A stretch of DNA of 60,003 nt from Thermoleophilia bacterium (lineage in GTDB: Bacteria; Actinomycetota; Thermoleophilia; UBA2241), in the NCBI GenBank assembly GCA_016933475.1, contig JAFGAW010000009.1, forward strand, positions 1-60,003. The letters are read 5' to 3'. Position 1 is the first letter of the stretch, and each line of letters opens with the position of its first letter. The position numbers were made by a program, and so were the translations under genes. The notes under the pieces were generated by a model, which was not told where the DNA came from, made no database searches, and saw only the letters and a list, made by a program, of their open reading frames with translations. Positions 27,417 to 37,399 of this stretch are shown here, piece by piece.

Positions 27417-27959
27417 ATGAAGACCACTGTCGGCAGGACCGCGCTCGAGATCGTGGTCGGCGACATCACCGAGCTCGCGGTCGACGCCGTGGTGAACGCC
27501 GCGAACACCGAGCTGTGGATGGGCGCCGGCGTCGCCGGCGCCCTCAAGCGGGTCGGCGGCGAGGACGTCGAGAGAGAGGCCATGGCCCAGGGCCCCATCG
27601 AGCTCGGCGAGGCGGTCGCGACCCACGGTCACGCGCTCAAGGCGCCGTGGGTGATCCACGCCGCCGTCATGGGCGCCGACCTGCAGGCCGACGCGCACGC
27701 CGTCGTCAAGGCGACGGCCGCCGCCCTCGAGATGGCCGGCAAGCTCCGCGCCCGCTCCCTCGCTCTGCCGGCCTTCGGTACCGGGGTCGGCGGCGTCCCG
27801 GTCTACCAGTCCGCCAGCCTCATGGTGGGCGAGACGGTGCGCTACTTGAAGGCGGAGCCGAAGACGAGCCTTCGGCACGTCATCTTCTCGGTCTACAACG
27901 ACGCCGCCCGGGCGGCCTTCAAGCACGCCCTCGCCGGCAGCGCACGCTTCAACCGCTAG
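27417..27959 (+). CDS. Macro domain protein (ADP-ribose / O-acetyl-ADP-ribose binding or hydrolase)
   Basis: IVVGDITELAVDAVVNAANTELWMGAGVAGALKRVGG...VIHAAVMG...LALPAFGTGVGGVP. G-rich RBS upstream. Stop is TAG. Confidence 0.85.
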   Translation: MKTTVGRTALEIVVGDITELAVDAVVNAANTELWMGAGVAGALKRVGGEDVEREAMAQGPIELGEAVATHGHALKAPWVIHAAVMGADLQADAHAVVKATAAALEMAGKLRARSLALPAFGTGVGGVPVYQSASLMVGETVRYLKAEPKTSLRHVIFSVYNDAARAAFKHALAGSARFNR

Positions 27960-28076
27960 CCGGCGGCCGCTCGCGGCCGTCGCCGATCAGCGGGACTTCC
28001 GCGCCGATGCTGCGTCCGATCCGGCCTGCGCTGTGCCGGTCACGGTCGCCGCTGTGCCGGCCTCGGCCCCCGCGAA

Positions 28077-28151
28077 GGTCAGGCCTCCTCAGGGATCTCC
28101 GGCCCCGGTCGCTGCGACGGTCAGGCCTCCTCGGGGATCTCAGGCCCCGGT
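28077..28151. repeat. 42-nt-period direct repeat. The downstream copy is the 3' end plus stop of the antiporter gene.
   Basis: GGTCAGGCCTCCTCAGGGATCTCCGGCCCCGGT (28077-28109) against GGTCAGGCCTCCTCGGGGATCTCAGGCCCCGGT (28119-28151). 31/33 identical. Confidence 0.8.
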
Positions 28152-29377
28152 GGATGCACCCGCTCGCCGGCGTGTCGCCCGTAGACGAGCTTGATGAGAT
28201 ACGGCGAAGTCACGGTCGTGATCAGGACCATGCCGATGATGGCCGCGTAGACCTTGTCGCCCAAGGCACCGGACGCCAAAGCGATACCGGCCACGACGAT
28301 GCCGACCTCGCCGCGTGGGATCATGCCGACCCCGACCTCGCGCGCGACCCGCCGGCCCTCGCGGCGGGCGCCCAGCCTGGCCCCGTAGTACTTGGTCACC
28401 ATCGCCACCGCGGTGAAGGCGAAGATCTCGAGCAGCACGGTCGTGTCGGCGAAGGCGCGCAGGTCGAGGTAGCTGCCGATGAGCACGAAGAAGAACGGCA
28501 TGAAGAACCAGGCCAGGGGCTCGACCTTCTCCTCGACCGCGGTGTGCTGCTTGAGCTCGGCGACCACGAGGCCGGCGAGAAAGGCGCCGACGATCGCCGC
28601 CAGGCCGATGTACTCGGCGAGCAGGGAGAGCCCCAGCATGAAGACGACGGCGACCTCGAAGACGACCGTCGCCGAGAGGCGCGACGCCAGGCCGGTGAGG
28701 CGGGAGATGAGACGCGGGCCGAGCAGACCGATGCCGACGACGTAGGCGATCGCCTCGATCACCAGCAGGGTGAACTCGAGCCAGTTGCCGGTGCCGAGGG
28801 CGTAGGCGGTGACGACGCTGAGGACGAGCAGGCCGAGGACGTCATCGAGGACCGCGGCGCCGAGGATGATGCTGACCGACTTGCGGCGCTCGTAACCCAG
28901 GTCGCGCAGGACGCGCACGGTGATGCCGACCGAGGTGGCGAGCAGCGCCGTGGCCACGAAGAGGGTCTCCGTGGTGTCGAAGCCGAAGACGGGCCCCAGG
29001 ATCAGGCCGCCGGCGAACGGCATGACGGCGCCGAGGACGGCCACGAGCGCGGAGGAGACCTTGCTGCGCGTGAGCGCTGCCATGTGGGTGTCGAGCCCGG
29101 CCATGAAGAGGAGCAGGATCACGCCGAGCTCGGCGAGGACCTCGAGGAACTCGGTGTGCTTCACGACGTTCAGCAGGAACGGCCCGAGCACGGCGCCGAC
29201 GAGCAGCTCGCCGATCACCGCCGGCTGGCCGAGGCGCGCGAAGAAGCGCCCCATGACGCGGGCGGCGGCGAAGGCGATGAAGATCTGGAAGAGGATGTCG
29301 GTCAGGGCGGCGTCCTTTCGTGGACGCGAGCCGCGTCCGGTGTAAATTCCATGGCATGAATGAGGTACCGGGCGCAA
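28121..29377 (-). CDS. Cation:proton antiporter (CPA2/NapA-Kef type)
   Basis: ILFQIFIAFAAARVMGRFFARLGQPAVIGELLVGAVLGP...LLLFMAGLDT...IPRGEVGIVVA. The longest ORF starts at 29377 and would overlap the divergent gene. A shorter start near 29305 (CTG after AAGGA) is possible. Confidence 0.8.
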   Translation of the reverse strand: MRPVPHSCHGIYTGRGSRPRKDAALTDILFQIFIAFAAARVMGRFFARLGQPAVIGELLVGAVLGPFLLNVVKHTEFLEVLAELGVILLLFMAGLDTHMAALTRSKVSSALVAVLGAVMPFAGGLILGPVFGFDTTETLFVATALLATSVGITVRVLRDLGYERRKSVSIILGAAVLDDVLGLLVLSVVTAYALGTGNWLEFTLLVIEAIAYVVGIGLLGPRLISRLTGLASRLSATVVFEVAVVFMLGLSLLAEYIGLAAIVGAFLAGLVVAELKQHTAVEEKVEPLAWFFMPFFFVLIGSYLDLRAFADTTVLLEIFAFTAVAMVTKYYGARLGARREGRRVAREVGVGMIPRGEVGIVVAGIALASGALGDKVYAAIIGMVLITTVTSPYLIKLVYGRHAGERVHPPGPEIPEEA

Positions 29378-30459
29378 GCGGGCGTGAAGGGCCGAGCGTC
29401 GACGGCGCTGCCGTGGCGCGCGGCAGCTTGACCGACGTGGGCGGCCTCGCGGTCGGTCACTGGACCGACCGCGAGGCCGCCACCGGCTGCACCGTCGTGC
29501 TCTGCGGCGAGGGAGCGGTCGCCGGCGTCGCGGTGCGCGGCGCCGCTCCCGGCACGCGTGAGACCGACCTCCTCGACCCCGTCAACGCCGTGCAGCGCGT
29601 CCACGCCGTGCTGCTCACCGGGGGCAGCGCCTTCGGGCTCGACGCCGCCGGCGGGGTGATGCGCTGGCTCGAGGAGCGCGAGCTGGGCTGTGAGGTCGGC
29701 CTCTGTCGGGTCCCCATCGTCACGGCCGCCGTACTCTTCGACCTGCCGGTCGGACGCGGCGACGTGCGCCCGGGGCGGGACGAGGGGTACGCGGCCTGCG
29801 ACGCCGCGTCGGCAGCGCCGGTGCCCGAGGGTTCGGTCGGGGCCGGCACCGGCGCCACAGTCGGCAAGCTGTACGGCGTCGCCTCGGCGACCAAAGGCGG
29901 CGCCGGCGGCGACGCCGTGCGGCTCGGCAGCGGTGTCGTCGTCGCAGCGCTCGCGGTCGTCAACGCCTTCGGCAACGTCCGCGAGCCGACGACCGGCGAG
30001 GTCCTCGCCGGGGCGCGCCGCGAAGGTGGCGGCTTCGTCGACATGACGGCGTGGCTCGCGGCCAACGACGCCGAGGTCGCCGACCGCGGGCGGGCTGCGA
30101 AGGCCCTCTGGCCCGAGCGGGAGGCGCCGGGAGGGGCCGGCCCGTCCGGGCCGGCCCCTCCCGGCGCCTCCACGACCCTCGTCGTCGTCGCCACCGACGC
30201 CGTCCTCGACAAGGCCGGAGCCACCGCCGTCGCCGGCATGGCCCACGACGGCATCGCCCGCGCCGTCGACCCGTGCCACACGCAGCGCGACGGCGACGCG
30301 GTCTTCGCCCTGGCGACGGGCACCGCGGGCCGCGCCGTCGACGTCTCGGTGCTCGGCGCCGTCGCCGCCCGGGTCGTCGCCTCGGCGATCGTCCGCGCCG
30401 TGCGCACGGCGACCGCCGTTGCCGGCGTCCCGGCACTGCGCGACCTGAGGTCACCGTGA
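29356..30459 (+). CDS. P1/S58 family peptidase (DmpA-like aminopeptidase, Ntn-hydrolase)
   Basis: GLAVGHWTDREAATGCTVVL, VHAVLLTGGSAFGLDAAGGVMRWLEE, VGAGTGATVGK, GASTTLVVVATDA (self-cleavage region), HTQRDGDAVFALATG. Confidence 0.8.
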   Translation: MNEVPGASGREGPSVDGAAVARGSLTDVGGLAVGHWTDREAATGCTVVLCGEGAVAGVAVRGAAPGTRETDLLDPVNAVQRVHAVLLTGGSAFGLDAAGGVMRWLEERELGCEVGLCRVPIVTAAVLFDLPVGRGDVRPGRDEGYAACDAASAAPVPEGSVGAGTGATVGKLYGVASATKGGAGGDAVRLGSGVVVAALAVVNAFGNVREPTTGEVLAGARREGGGFVDMTAWLAANDAEVADRGRAAKALWPEREAPGGAGPSGPAPPGASTTLVVVATDAVLDKAGATAVAGMAHDGIARAVDPCHTQRDGDAVFALATGTAGRAVDVSVLGAVAARVVASAIVRAVRTATAVAGVPALRDLRSP

Positions 30460-30478
30460 GCGACGATCGCCTCGCACC

Positions 30479-31465
30479 ATGAGCGGCGACGGTCTCCTGT
30501 ACCTCACCCGGGCCGAGATCGAGAGTCTCGTGATCGGCGCTGCCGAGGTGGTCGACGCCCTCGACGCCGGCCTGCGCGAGAAGGGCCGCGGCGCGGTCGT
30601 GATGCCGCCCAAGACGTCCCTCCACGGCCCGGATCGCGCCTTCTGTCAGGTGCTGTCGGCTTGGCTGCCGGAGTCGAGCGCGCTGGGGGTCAAGTGGGTG
30701 ACGATCTTCCCTGCGAACGCGGCGAAGGGCCTGCCGGCCGTCGGCGGCCTCGTCGTCCTCAGCGACGCCTCCACCGGCAGTCCCCAGGCGATCCTCGACG
30801 GCGGCGTCATCACCGCCTGGCGCACGGGAGCGAGCGCGGCACTCGCGGCCCGCTATCTCGCCCGCCCCGATATCGACTGCGTCGGCCTGCTCGGCTGTGG
30901 GGTCCAGGGTAAGGCCAGCGTCGACGCCCTCGCCGCCGCACTGCCCGGTCTGCGCACGGTGCGCTGCCACGACGCCGTCCCGGCCGCCGCCGCCGCCTTC
31001 GTCGCCGAGGCGGCGGCCCGGCTGCCCGGCGTCGAGGTGGTGGTCTGCGACGGACCGGCCGCGGTCGCGCGCGGCGCCGGCGTCGTCGTGACCGCGATCA
31101 CCATGAGCGAAGGTGTGGCGCCACCGCTGGACGCCGGCGTGCTCGAGCCGGGCGCCCTCGCGGTGGCTCTCGACTACGACGCCGCCTGGAGCGCGTCGGC
31201 CATGGCCGAGTGCGAGCGCTTCTTCTGCGACGACACCGAGCAGGTGCTTGCGACCAAGGCGCACGGCCCGCGCCTGCAGGAGATACCCGAGACGATCTCC
31301 GGCGATCTCGGCGAGCTCGCCGCCGGCCTCGTCGAGGGGCGCCGCGACCCGGGCGAGCGCCTCTTCTGCCTGAACCTCGGTCTCGCCGTCGAGGACGTCG
31401 TCACGGCCCGGCTTGTGCTCGAGCGTGCCCGCGAGCGCGGCGTAGGCACGACGCTGCCCGTCTGA
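30479..31465 (+). CDS. Ornithine cyclodeaminase/mu-crystallin family protein
   Basis: ITAWRTGASAALAARYLARPD...VGLLGCGVQG (Rossmann)...VVVTAIT...NLGLAVEDVVTA. Confidence 0.85.
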   Translation: MSGDGLLYLTRAEIESLVIGAAEVVDALDAGLREKGRGAVVMPPKTSLHGPDRAFCQVLSAWLPESSALGVKWVTIFPANAAKGLPAVGGLVVLSDASTGSPQAILDGGVITAWRTGASAALAARYLARPDIDCVGLLGCGVQGKASVDALAAALPGLRTVRCHDAVPAAAAAFVAEAAARLPGVEVVVCDGPAAVARGAGVVVTAITMSEGVAPPLDAGVLEPGALAVALDYDAAWSASAMAECERFFCDDTEQVLATKAHGPRLQEIPETISGDLGELAAGLVEGRRDPGERLFCLNLGLAVEDVVTARLVLERARERGVGTTLPV

Positions 31466-31518
31466 GTGCCCGCAGCCGGCGACCGACCGCGATCGGCGGT
31501 CACGCCCGGTGCCCCTCG

Positions 31519-32763
31519 TCAGCGCTGGCGGCCGGCCCGCTCCTCGAGTGCGCGCAGCAGGCCGAAACACCCGGTGAGCATCATGTCGCCGTGCGGCGCC
31601 GCGAACTCGAAGGGGAGGGGGGAGCCCTCGAGCAGGGTGCGGCGGGGGCCGGTCGCGATCAGCGGCACCCCGTCGGGGACGGGCCCGTCGAGGACGGCGC
31701 CGTGCCCGCCGTCGTCGCGCACCTCGTCGTTCCCCAGGCCTCCGGCGAGGAAGCGCCGCAGACGCTCGACGAGGCCCGGGCCGTCGAGCCGGCGGGTGTG
31801 GTGTTCGAAGACTCCCGCGAGGCGCCCCTCTCGAGCCACGGCGCAGACCGTGTGCCCGTTGCCGACGTTGACCAGCACGGCGTCAGCGCGGCCCTCCGGC
31901 AGGGCGCCGTAGAGGGCCGCGGGCCCGGTGTCGGCGACGAGCAGGCGGGCGGGAGCCCCGCCCGCCTCCTCGTCGCCGGCACCCCCCGCGGCGAGCCGGC
32001 GGGCGGCCTCCAGAGCGGCTCGCAAGCGCGTGAGTTTCGCCGGTAGCCTGTCTTCGTCGTAGAAGAGCGCGCCCAGGGGCCGGCGTTCGGCGACCGCACG
32101 TGCCCAGAGGCCGAAACGGAAGACCCGGTTCGAGCCCCCGGGGCTGAACCCGTGGTCCTGCACGGCGACGGCCACGGCGTCGACCCCGGGCTCCACTTCC
32201 AGGCGGGCGAAGGCCGCGAGCAGGCTCTCGACGTCGAGGTCGCCCGTACGGACCTCGACGGCGCCGTCGCCCGCCGCGGCGAGCAGCGCGTCGACCTCTT
32301 CGTCGCTCACGACCTGCACCCCGAGGCGCCGGGCGCGCTCCGGGTCGTCGGCGAAGGTGAGCACGGCCTCCTCGGTCGCGACGAAGCCGGCGCCGGCGGC
32401 GAGGTGCCGCTTCATCGCCGCCGTCGACGCACCGCCGCCCATCACCGGCCCGCGCAGGACGACCGTCGCCCCGCGGGCCGTCGCCGCCGCGATGCGCCGC
32501 CCCACGACCTGCGTCGCCGCGGGTACGACGAGCTTGAAGGCGTTCTCGAGCGCTTCGCCGGGCTGTGTGAGAAGGATGTCGGTGGTGCCGGCGCCGACGT
32601 CGATGCACAGGGCGCGGCCGACTGTCGAGGAGCCTCGTCCGGCGACCGCGGGTGACGCAGCGACCCGACCGCTCGCGCCGGCCTGCCCGCCCGCGTCGGT
32701 CTCCCCGCCGGCACCGGCACGCCCGTTCGCGCCCGGCGCGGTCGTGCCGGCGCAGCAGGTCAC
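31519..32763 (-). CDS. DUF1786-like ASKHA-fold protein (function unknown)
   Basis: ALCIDVGAGTTDILL (phosphate-1-like motif)...LLVADTGPAALYGAL...VLVNVGNGHTVCAV.... I chose the GTG at 32763, which overlaps the upstream gene's TGA (GTGA). That leaves a Gly/Ala-rich 45-aa N-terminus. The longer ORF would overlap the GT2 gene. Confidence 0.5.
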   Translation of the reverse strand: MTCCAGTTAPGANGRAGAGGETDAGGQAGASGRVAASPAVAGRGSSTVGRALCIDVGAGTTDILLTQPGEALENAFKLVVPAATQVVGRRIAAATARGATVVLRGPVMGGGASTAAMKRHLAAGAGFVATEEAVLTFADDPERARRLGVQVVSDEEVDALLAAAGDGAVEVRTGDLDVESLLAAFARLEVEPGVDAVAVAVQDHGFSPGGSNRVFRFGLWARAVAERRPLGALFYDEDRLPAKLTRLRAALEAARRLAAGGAGDEEAGGAPARLLVADTGPAALYGALPEGRADAVLVNVGNGHTVCAVAREGRLAGVFEHHTRRLDGPGLVERLRRFLAGGLGNDEVRDDGGHGAVLDGPVPDGVPLIATGPRRTLLEGSPLPFEFAAPHGDMMLTGCFGLLRALEERAGRQR

Positions 32764-33506
32764 GCCGGGCGCCCCGGTGCGCGCCGCGCCGGGGCGCTGA
32801 AGCGGAGCTTCCAGACGCTCTTCATCGCCTCGACGACGATGTCGTTGGTCATCTTCGACTCGCCGACCTTGCGGTCGACGAAGACGATCGGCAGCTCGAC
32901 GACGCGGAAGCCAAGCTGGTGGACGCGGTAGGTGAGCTCGATCTGGAACCCGTACCCCCGCGCGTCGACGGCGTCGAGGTCGAGGGCCTCGAGCACCTCG
33001 CGGCGGAAGCACTTGTAGCCCCCGGTGAGATCATGGTAGGGGAGCCCGAGGATCGTCTGCGCGTACAGGCAGCCGCCGCGGCTGATCACGCGGCGCGGCA
33101 GCGTCCAGTTCTCGACCCCACCACCGCGCACGTAGCGCGAACCCAGGACGAGGTCGGCCCCACGCTCTATCAGGCGCAGGAAGTCGGGGATGTAGGAGGC
33201 GTCGTGCGAGAGGTCGGCGTCCATCTCGAAGACGCGCTCGGCCCCCATCGCGAGCGCGTGGCGGAAGCCGTCGATGTAGGCGCGCCCCAGGCCCTCCTTG
33301 CCGGGCCGGTGGAGCACGGAGACGTCGGGCAGCTGCGCGGCGAGCTCGTCGGCGAGCTCGCCGGTGCCGTCGGGCGAGTCGTCGTCGACGATCATGGTGT
33401 GCAGGGGGAGACCGTGGCCGTCGGCGACCTCGCGGATGCGGGCCAGCGCGTGGCGCAGGTTGGGCCGCTCGTTGTAGGTGGGGAGGACGATGACGTTCAC
33501 CTGCAC
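32760..33506 (-). CDS. GT2 polyprenol-phosphate mannosyltransferase (Dpm1/Ppm1-like)
   Basis: IVLPTYNERPNL, MIVDDDSPDGTGE, GKEGLGRAYIDGF, EMDADLSHD, GSRYVRGGG, GYKCFRREVLE, FQIELTY. Confidence 0.85.
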   Translation of the reverse strand: MQVNVIVLPTYNERPNLRHALARIREVADGHGLPLHTMIVDDDSPDGTGELADELAAQLPDVSVLHRPGKEGLGRAYIDGFRHALAMGAERVFEMDADLSHDASYIPDFLRLIERGADLVLGSRYVRGGGVENWTLPRRVISRGGCLYAQTILGLPYHDLTGGYKCFRREVLEALDLDAVDARGYGFQIELTYRVHQLGFRVVELPIVFVDRKVGESKMTNDIVVEAMKSVWKLRFSAPARRAPGRPA

Positions 33507-33671
33507 AGTATATCCGCCCCGGGCAGGGTCCCGAGAGGCGTCGGGCGGGGTCCTCGAGGCCCTGAGCGGGGGTTCCGCGACGGCTCTCCAGCGCCGCCCG
33601 AGGGTGCCTTCAGGCGGCGCTCGAGGGAGCCGTCGCGCCGCCCGCCCGACTGACCTGACGAGCGTAAGTCT

Positions 33672-33702
33672 AAGTCTCGACTAGACAGTGAGACTTTTCC
33701 TT
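33672..33702 (+). terminator. AT-rich hairpin plus T-tract in the lowest-GC patch of the window
   Basis: AAGTCTC, 11-nt loop, GAGACTT, followed by TTCCTT. There is no upstream + strand CDS. It lies about 25 nt before the predicted nrdR promoter. Confidence 0.25.
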
Positions 33703-33742
33703 CGCCGGTGGGCGGAAGGAGGGGTTGCGCAAGGGGTCGAAT

Positions 33743-33790
33743 GCACTATATTGGTGTCCCTGCTTGCTGAGGACACCACATATTGTGGTC
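33743..33790 (+). promoter_or_regulatory. Two NrdR boxes overlapping the nrdR-nrdJ promoter
   Basis: GCACTATATTGGTGTC (33743-33758) and ACACCACATATTGTGGTC (33773-33790), centres about 31 bp apart. Candidate promoter TTGCGC (33725), 16 nt, TATATT (33747). Confidence 0.75.
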
Positions 33791-33818
33791 GGGGCAAGTC
33801 CATTCTCGATGAGGGCCG

Positions 33819-34388
33819 ATGCGCTGTCCCTATTGCGGAAGTGATGAGAGTCGCGTGGTCGACTCCCGCGACTCCGAAGCCGGCGACGCCGTGCGTCGCC
33901 GGCGCGAGTGCCTGGAGTGCGACCGTCGCTACACGACCTACGAGCGCGTCGAAGACGTCCCGCTCGTGGTGGTCAAGCGCGACGGCCGCGAAGAGATGTT
34001 CGCTCGCGCCAAGCTCCTTAACGGGCTGCTGCGCGCCTGCGAGAAGAGGAGCGTCGACCGCGAGCGCCTCGAGCGCGCGGTCGACGAGATCGAGACCGAG
34101 GTGCGGCAAGGCGGGCGCGACCGGGTGAGCACGCAGGAGGTGGGTGAGCGCGCGCTCCTGGCGCTGCGCGAGATCGACAAGGTCGCCTACGTGCGCTTCG
34201 CCTCGGTGTACCGCCAGTTCGACGATCTCGAGGAGTTCCAGCGCGAGCTCGCCCGCCTGGAGGAGGCGGGCGCCGACCCCCTGCCGGGGGAGGAGCCGCT
34301 GCCGGGGCTCGACGGCGCCGGGCTCGACGGCGAGCTCGAGGCGCTCGTCACCGAGCGCCGCCGCAACGCGACAAGACCGACTCCCTGA
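33819..34388 (+). CDS. nrdR: Transcriptional repressor NrdR
   Basis: [45 protein letters not shown] (Zn ribbon) plus an ATP-cone. Confidence 0.95.
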   Translation: MRCPYCGSDESRVVDSRDSEAGDAVRRRRECLECDRRYTTYERVEDVPLVVVKRDGREEMFARAKLLNGLLRACEKRSVDRERLERAVDEIETEVRQGGRDRVSTQEVGERALLALREIDKVAYVRFASVYRQFDDLEEFQRELARLEEAGADPLPGEEPLPGLDGAGLDGELEALVTERRRNATRPTP

Positions 34389-34419
34389 CGGGGACAGAGG
34401 AAAGAGGGGCAGGCGACAG

Positions 34420-36651
34420 ATGTCGAACGCAGTGATCGAACTCACGCCCAATGCGCTGCGTGTGCTGCAGCGGCGGTATCTCAAGAAGGGGGAGAACGGG
34501 GAGCTCCTCGAGACCCCCGAAGAGATGTTCCGCCGCGTCGCGCACGCGATCGCCCAGGCTGAGCGGCTCTACAACCCGGCCGCGCCGGTCGAGGAGTGGG
34601 AGGAGACCTTCTACGAGCTCATGACCGCCCTCGAGTTCCTCCCCAACAGCCCGACGCTCATGAACGCCGGCCGCGAGCTCGGGCAGCTCTCGGCCTGCTT
34701 CGTGCTGCCCGTCGGCGATTCGATGGACTCGATCTTCGAGGCGGTCAAGAACACCGCCCTCATCCACAAGAGCGGCGGCGGCACCGGCTTCAGCTTCTCG
34801 CGCGTGCGCCCCAAGAACGACCTCGTGCTCAGCACCAAGGGCGTGTCGTCGGGTCCGCTCTCCTTCATGAGCGTCTTCGACGCCGCCACCGAGACCATCA
34901 AGCAGGGCGGCACGCGGCGCGGCGCCAACATGGGCATCATGCGCGTCGACCACCCCGACATCCTCGACTTCATCACCGCCAAACAGGACGACGCCAAGCT
35001 CAACAACTTCAACATCTCGGTCGCCGTCACCGACTCGTTCATGCGCGCCGTCGAGCACGACGAGGAGTACGCCCTCGTCAACCCACGCTCCGGCGAGGTC
35101 GTGAAGAAGCTCAACGCGCGCAAAGTCTTCAAGACCATGGTCACCCTGGCGTGGAAGAACGGCGACCCCGGCATCGTCTTCATCGACCGTATCAACGCCG
35201 ACAACCCCACGCCGCAGCTCGGCGACATCGAGAGCACGAATCCATGCGGTGAACAGCCGTTGTTGCCGTACGAGTCGTGCAACCTGGGCTCGATCAACCT
35301 GTCGCGGGTGGCCGAGGAGGGCCACGTCGACTACGGCCGTCTCGGGCGCATCGTCAAGACGGCGGTCCGCTTCCTCGACGACGTCATTGACGTCAACCGC
35401 TACCCGCTGCCCGAGATCGAGCAGATGACCAAGGGCAATCGCAAGATCGGCCTCGGCGTGATGGGCTTCGCCGACCTGCTCCTCAGGCTCGGCGTGCCCT
35501 ACGACTCCGACGAGGCCTGCACCATCGCCGGCGAGCTCATGACCTTCATCCACCAGGAGGCGCGGGCGGCCAGCGAAGAACTCGCTGCCGAGCGCGGCGT
35601 CTTCCCCAACTTCGAGGGCTCGATCTACGACCGGCCCGACATGCCGCGCGTGCGCAATGCGACCACGACCACCATCGCTCCCACCGGCACCATCAGCATC
35701 ATCGCCGGTTGCTCGAGCGGCATCGAGCCGCTGTTCGCGCTCTCCTACGTGCGCGCCAACGTCCTCGACGACGAGCGCATGGTCGAGGTCGACCCGTACT
35801 TCGAGCAGGTGGCGAAAGAGCGCGGTTTCCACAGCCCCGAGCTCATGGCGCGCATCGCCGAGCAGGGCACCGTGCGTGGCCTCGACGAGGTGCCGGTCGA
35901 CGTGCAGACGACCTTCGCCACGGCGCACGACATCACGCCCGAGTGGCACGTCAAGCTGCAGTCGGCCTTCCAGTCCCACACCGACAACGCCGTCTCCAAG
36001 ACCGTCAACTTCGCCAACTCGGCGACCAGCGACGACGTCGAGAAGGTCTACCTGCTGGCCTACAAGTCGGGCTGCAAGGGCGTCACGATCTACCGCGACG
36101 GTAGCCGCGAGGAGCAGGTGCTCAACGTCGGGCAGAGTCTCAAGAAGAAGGACCCCGGCCACGGCATCGCGACCACGCGGCCGTCGCGGCCCCGGCTTCT
36201 CACCGGGCAGACCGAGCGCATGGAGACGGGCTGCGGGCACCTCTTCATCATCATGAACGAAGACGAGTACGGCCCGCGTGAGGTCTTCGCCAACATGGGC
36301 AAGGCCGGCGGGTGCGCCTCGTCCAACACCGAGGCCCTTGGGCGCCTCATCTCGCTCGCCCTCAAGAAGGGCGCCGAGCCGAGCGAGGTCGTCGAGCACC
36401 TCAAGGGCATCCGCTGCCACGTGCCGTACGGCATCGGCCCCAACGCGACGCTGAGCTGCGCCGACGCCATCGGCAAGGCGATCGAGCGGCGCTGGGTGAC
36501 GGGCGCCGCCGCGGCGGCGCACGGCACGCCCGAGCCGCAGCTCTCGCTGGTCGAGGTCGCGCAGGGCGCGTGCCCCGACTGCGGCGGCGTGATCGAGCAT
36601 GAGGGCGGCTGCGTGGTGTGCCGGTTGTGCGGGTTCTCCAAGTGCGGGTAG
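34420..36651 (+). CDS. nrdJ: Adenosylcobalamin-dependent ribonucleotide reductase (class II)
   Basis: [65 protein letters not shown]-terminal CPDCGG...[13 protein letters not shown]. 743 aa. Stop is TAG. Confidence 0.95.
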   Translation: MSNAVIELTPNALRVLQRRYLKKGENGELLETPEEMFRRVAHAIAQAERLYNPAAPVEEWEETFYELMTALEFLPNSPTLMNAGRELGQLSACFVLPVGDSMDSIFEAVKNTALIHKSGGGTGFSFSRVRPKNDLVLSTKGVSSGPLSFMSVFDAATETIKQGGTRRGANMGIMRVDHPDILDFITAKQDDAKLNNFNISVAVTDSFMRAVEHDEEYALVNPRSGEVVKKLNARKVFKTMVTLAWKNGDPGIVFIDRINADNPTPQLGDIESTNPCGEQPLLPYESCNLGSINLSRVAEEGHVDYGRLGRIVKTAVRFLDDVIDVNRYPLPEIEQMTKGNRKIGLGVMGFADLLLRLGVPYDSDEACTIAGELMTFIHQEARAASEELAAERGVFPNFEGSIYDRPDMPRVRNATTTTIAPTGTISIIAGCSSGIEPLFALSYVRANVLDDERMVEVDPYFEQVAKERGFHSPELMARIAEQGTVRGLDEVPVDVQTTFATAHDITPEWHVKLQSAFQSHTDNAVSKTVNFANSATSDDVEKVYLLAYKSGCKGVTIYRDGSREEQVLNVGQSLKKKDPGHGIATTRPSRPRLLTGQTERMETGCGHLFIIMNEDEYGPREVFANMGKAGGCASSNTEALGRLISLALKKGAEPSEVVEHLKGIRCHVPYGIGPNATLSCADAIGKAIERRWVTGAAAAAHGTPEPQLSLVEVAQGACPDCGGVIEHEGGCVVCRLCGFSKCG

Positions 36652-36929
36652 GCCGCTGAGCTCGACTGCGTCGGCCCAGACCACCTCCGCGGTCCTCGCT
36701 CTGCTCGGACGGTGGCTGAGTGCCGGGGAGCACTGCGTGACCCCGGCGACGCAGCCACTCACTCCCGACTACGCCGGGAGTGGCCGGTAGAGGACCGGGT
36801 CTGGTTTCGGTCACCCGGTGGGCTGCCGTGCTCCTTGCTCTGCTCTGACTGCGGGCAAGCCGCTCGGCCTTGTCGCGCCGGCTGAGACAGGAGCCGCGGT
36901 CTGCGCTTGCCTCGGCGCCTGGCGGTCTG

Positions 36930-36960
36930 TTGACGCACCTCGGCCCGCGCGGGGTAGAGT
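36930..36960 (+). promoter_or_regulatory. Candidate stress-type promoter of the asp23 cluster
   Basis: TTGACG, 19 nt, TAGAGT, with the -10 embedded in GGGGTAGAGT (36951-36960). That decamer is identical to the one upstream of hsp20. Confidence 0.3.
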
Positions 36961-37015
36961 GAGAGACGCGGGCCGGCAGGCGCAGTGCCGCCGGCCGATG
37001 AACGAGGAGGAGCGC

Positions 37016-37399
37016 ATGTCCGAGACCCCCAAGCCGGAGGCGCCCGGCGAGAGCGGCGGCGTGCAGATCTCAGACGCCGTCGTCGCCAAGATCGCCCATC
37101 AGGCCCTGCTGCAGGTCGAGGGCGTCCACGGGCTGGGCGCGTCGGCTCTCGGCGTCTTCTCGGGGCTGCGCGGTGACAGGGGCGCGCAGGGGGTCTCCGT
37201 CGACCTCCGCGACGACCTCGTCGACATCGACGCCCACATCGTGGTCGAGTACGGCGCCAATATCCCCGAGGTCGGCGAGACCTGCCGGGCGGCGGTCAAG
37301 CAGCAGGTCGAGGCCGCGACCGGCATGACGGTCCGTGCCGTCAACGTCGTGGTCACCGACATCCACTTCCCGGAGCAGGCACCTGGCGACGACGGCTGA
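37016..37399 (+). CDS. Asp23/Gls24 family envelope stress protein
   Basis: VQISDAVVAKIAHQALLQVEGVHGL...GVSVDL...IDAHIVVEYGANIPEVGETCRAAVKQQVEAATGMTVRAVNVVVTDI. GAGGAGG RBS. Confidence 0.85.
   Translation: MSETPKPEAPGESGGVQISDAVVAKIAHQALLQVEGVHGLGASALGVFSGLRGDRGAQGVSVDLRDDLVDIDAHIVVEYGANIPEVGETCRAAVKQQVEAATGMTVRAVNVVVTDIHFPEQAPGDDG

Noticed and set aside
30479-31465. Ornithine cyclodeaminase-family gene (or the neighbouring DmpA-like gene) as a pyrrolysine-biosynthesis gene (PylD-like).
   Set aside because: The sequence has the OCD/mu-crystallin signature and length (328 aa). It is 4 kb from the methyltransferase island on an unrelated transcription unit. No PylB (radical SAM) or PylC (ATP-grasp) is nearby.
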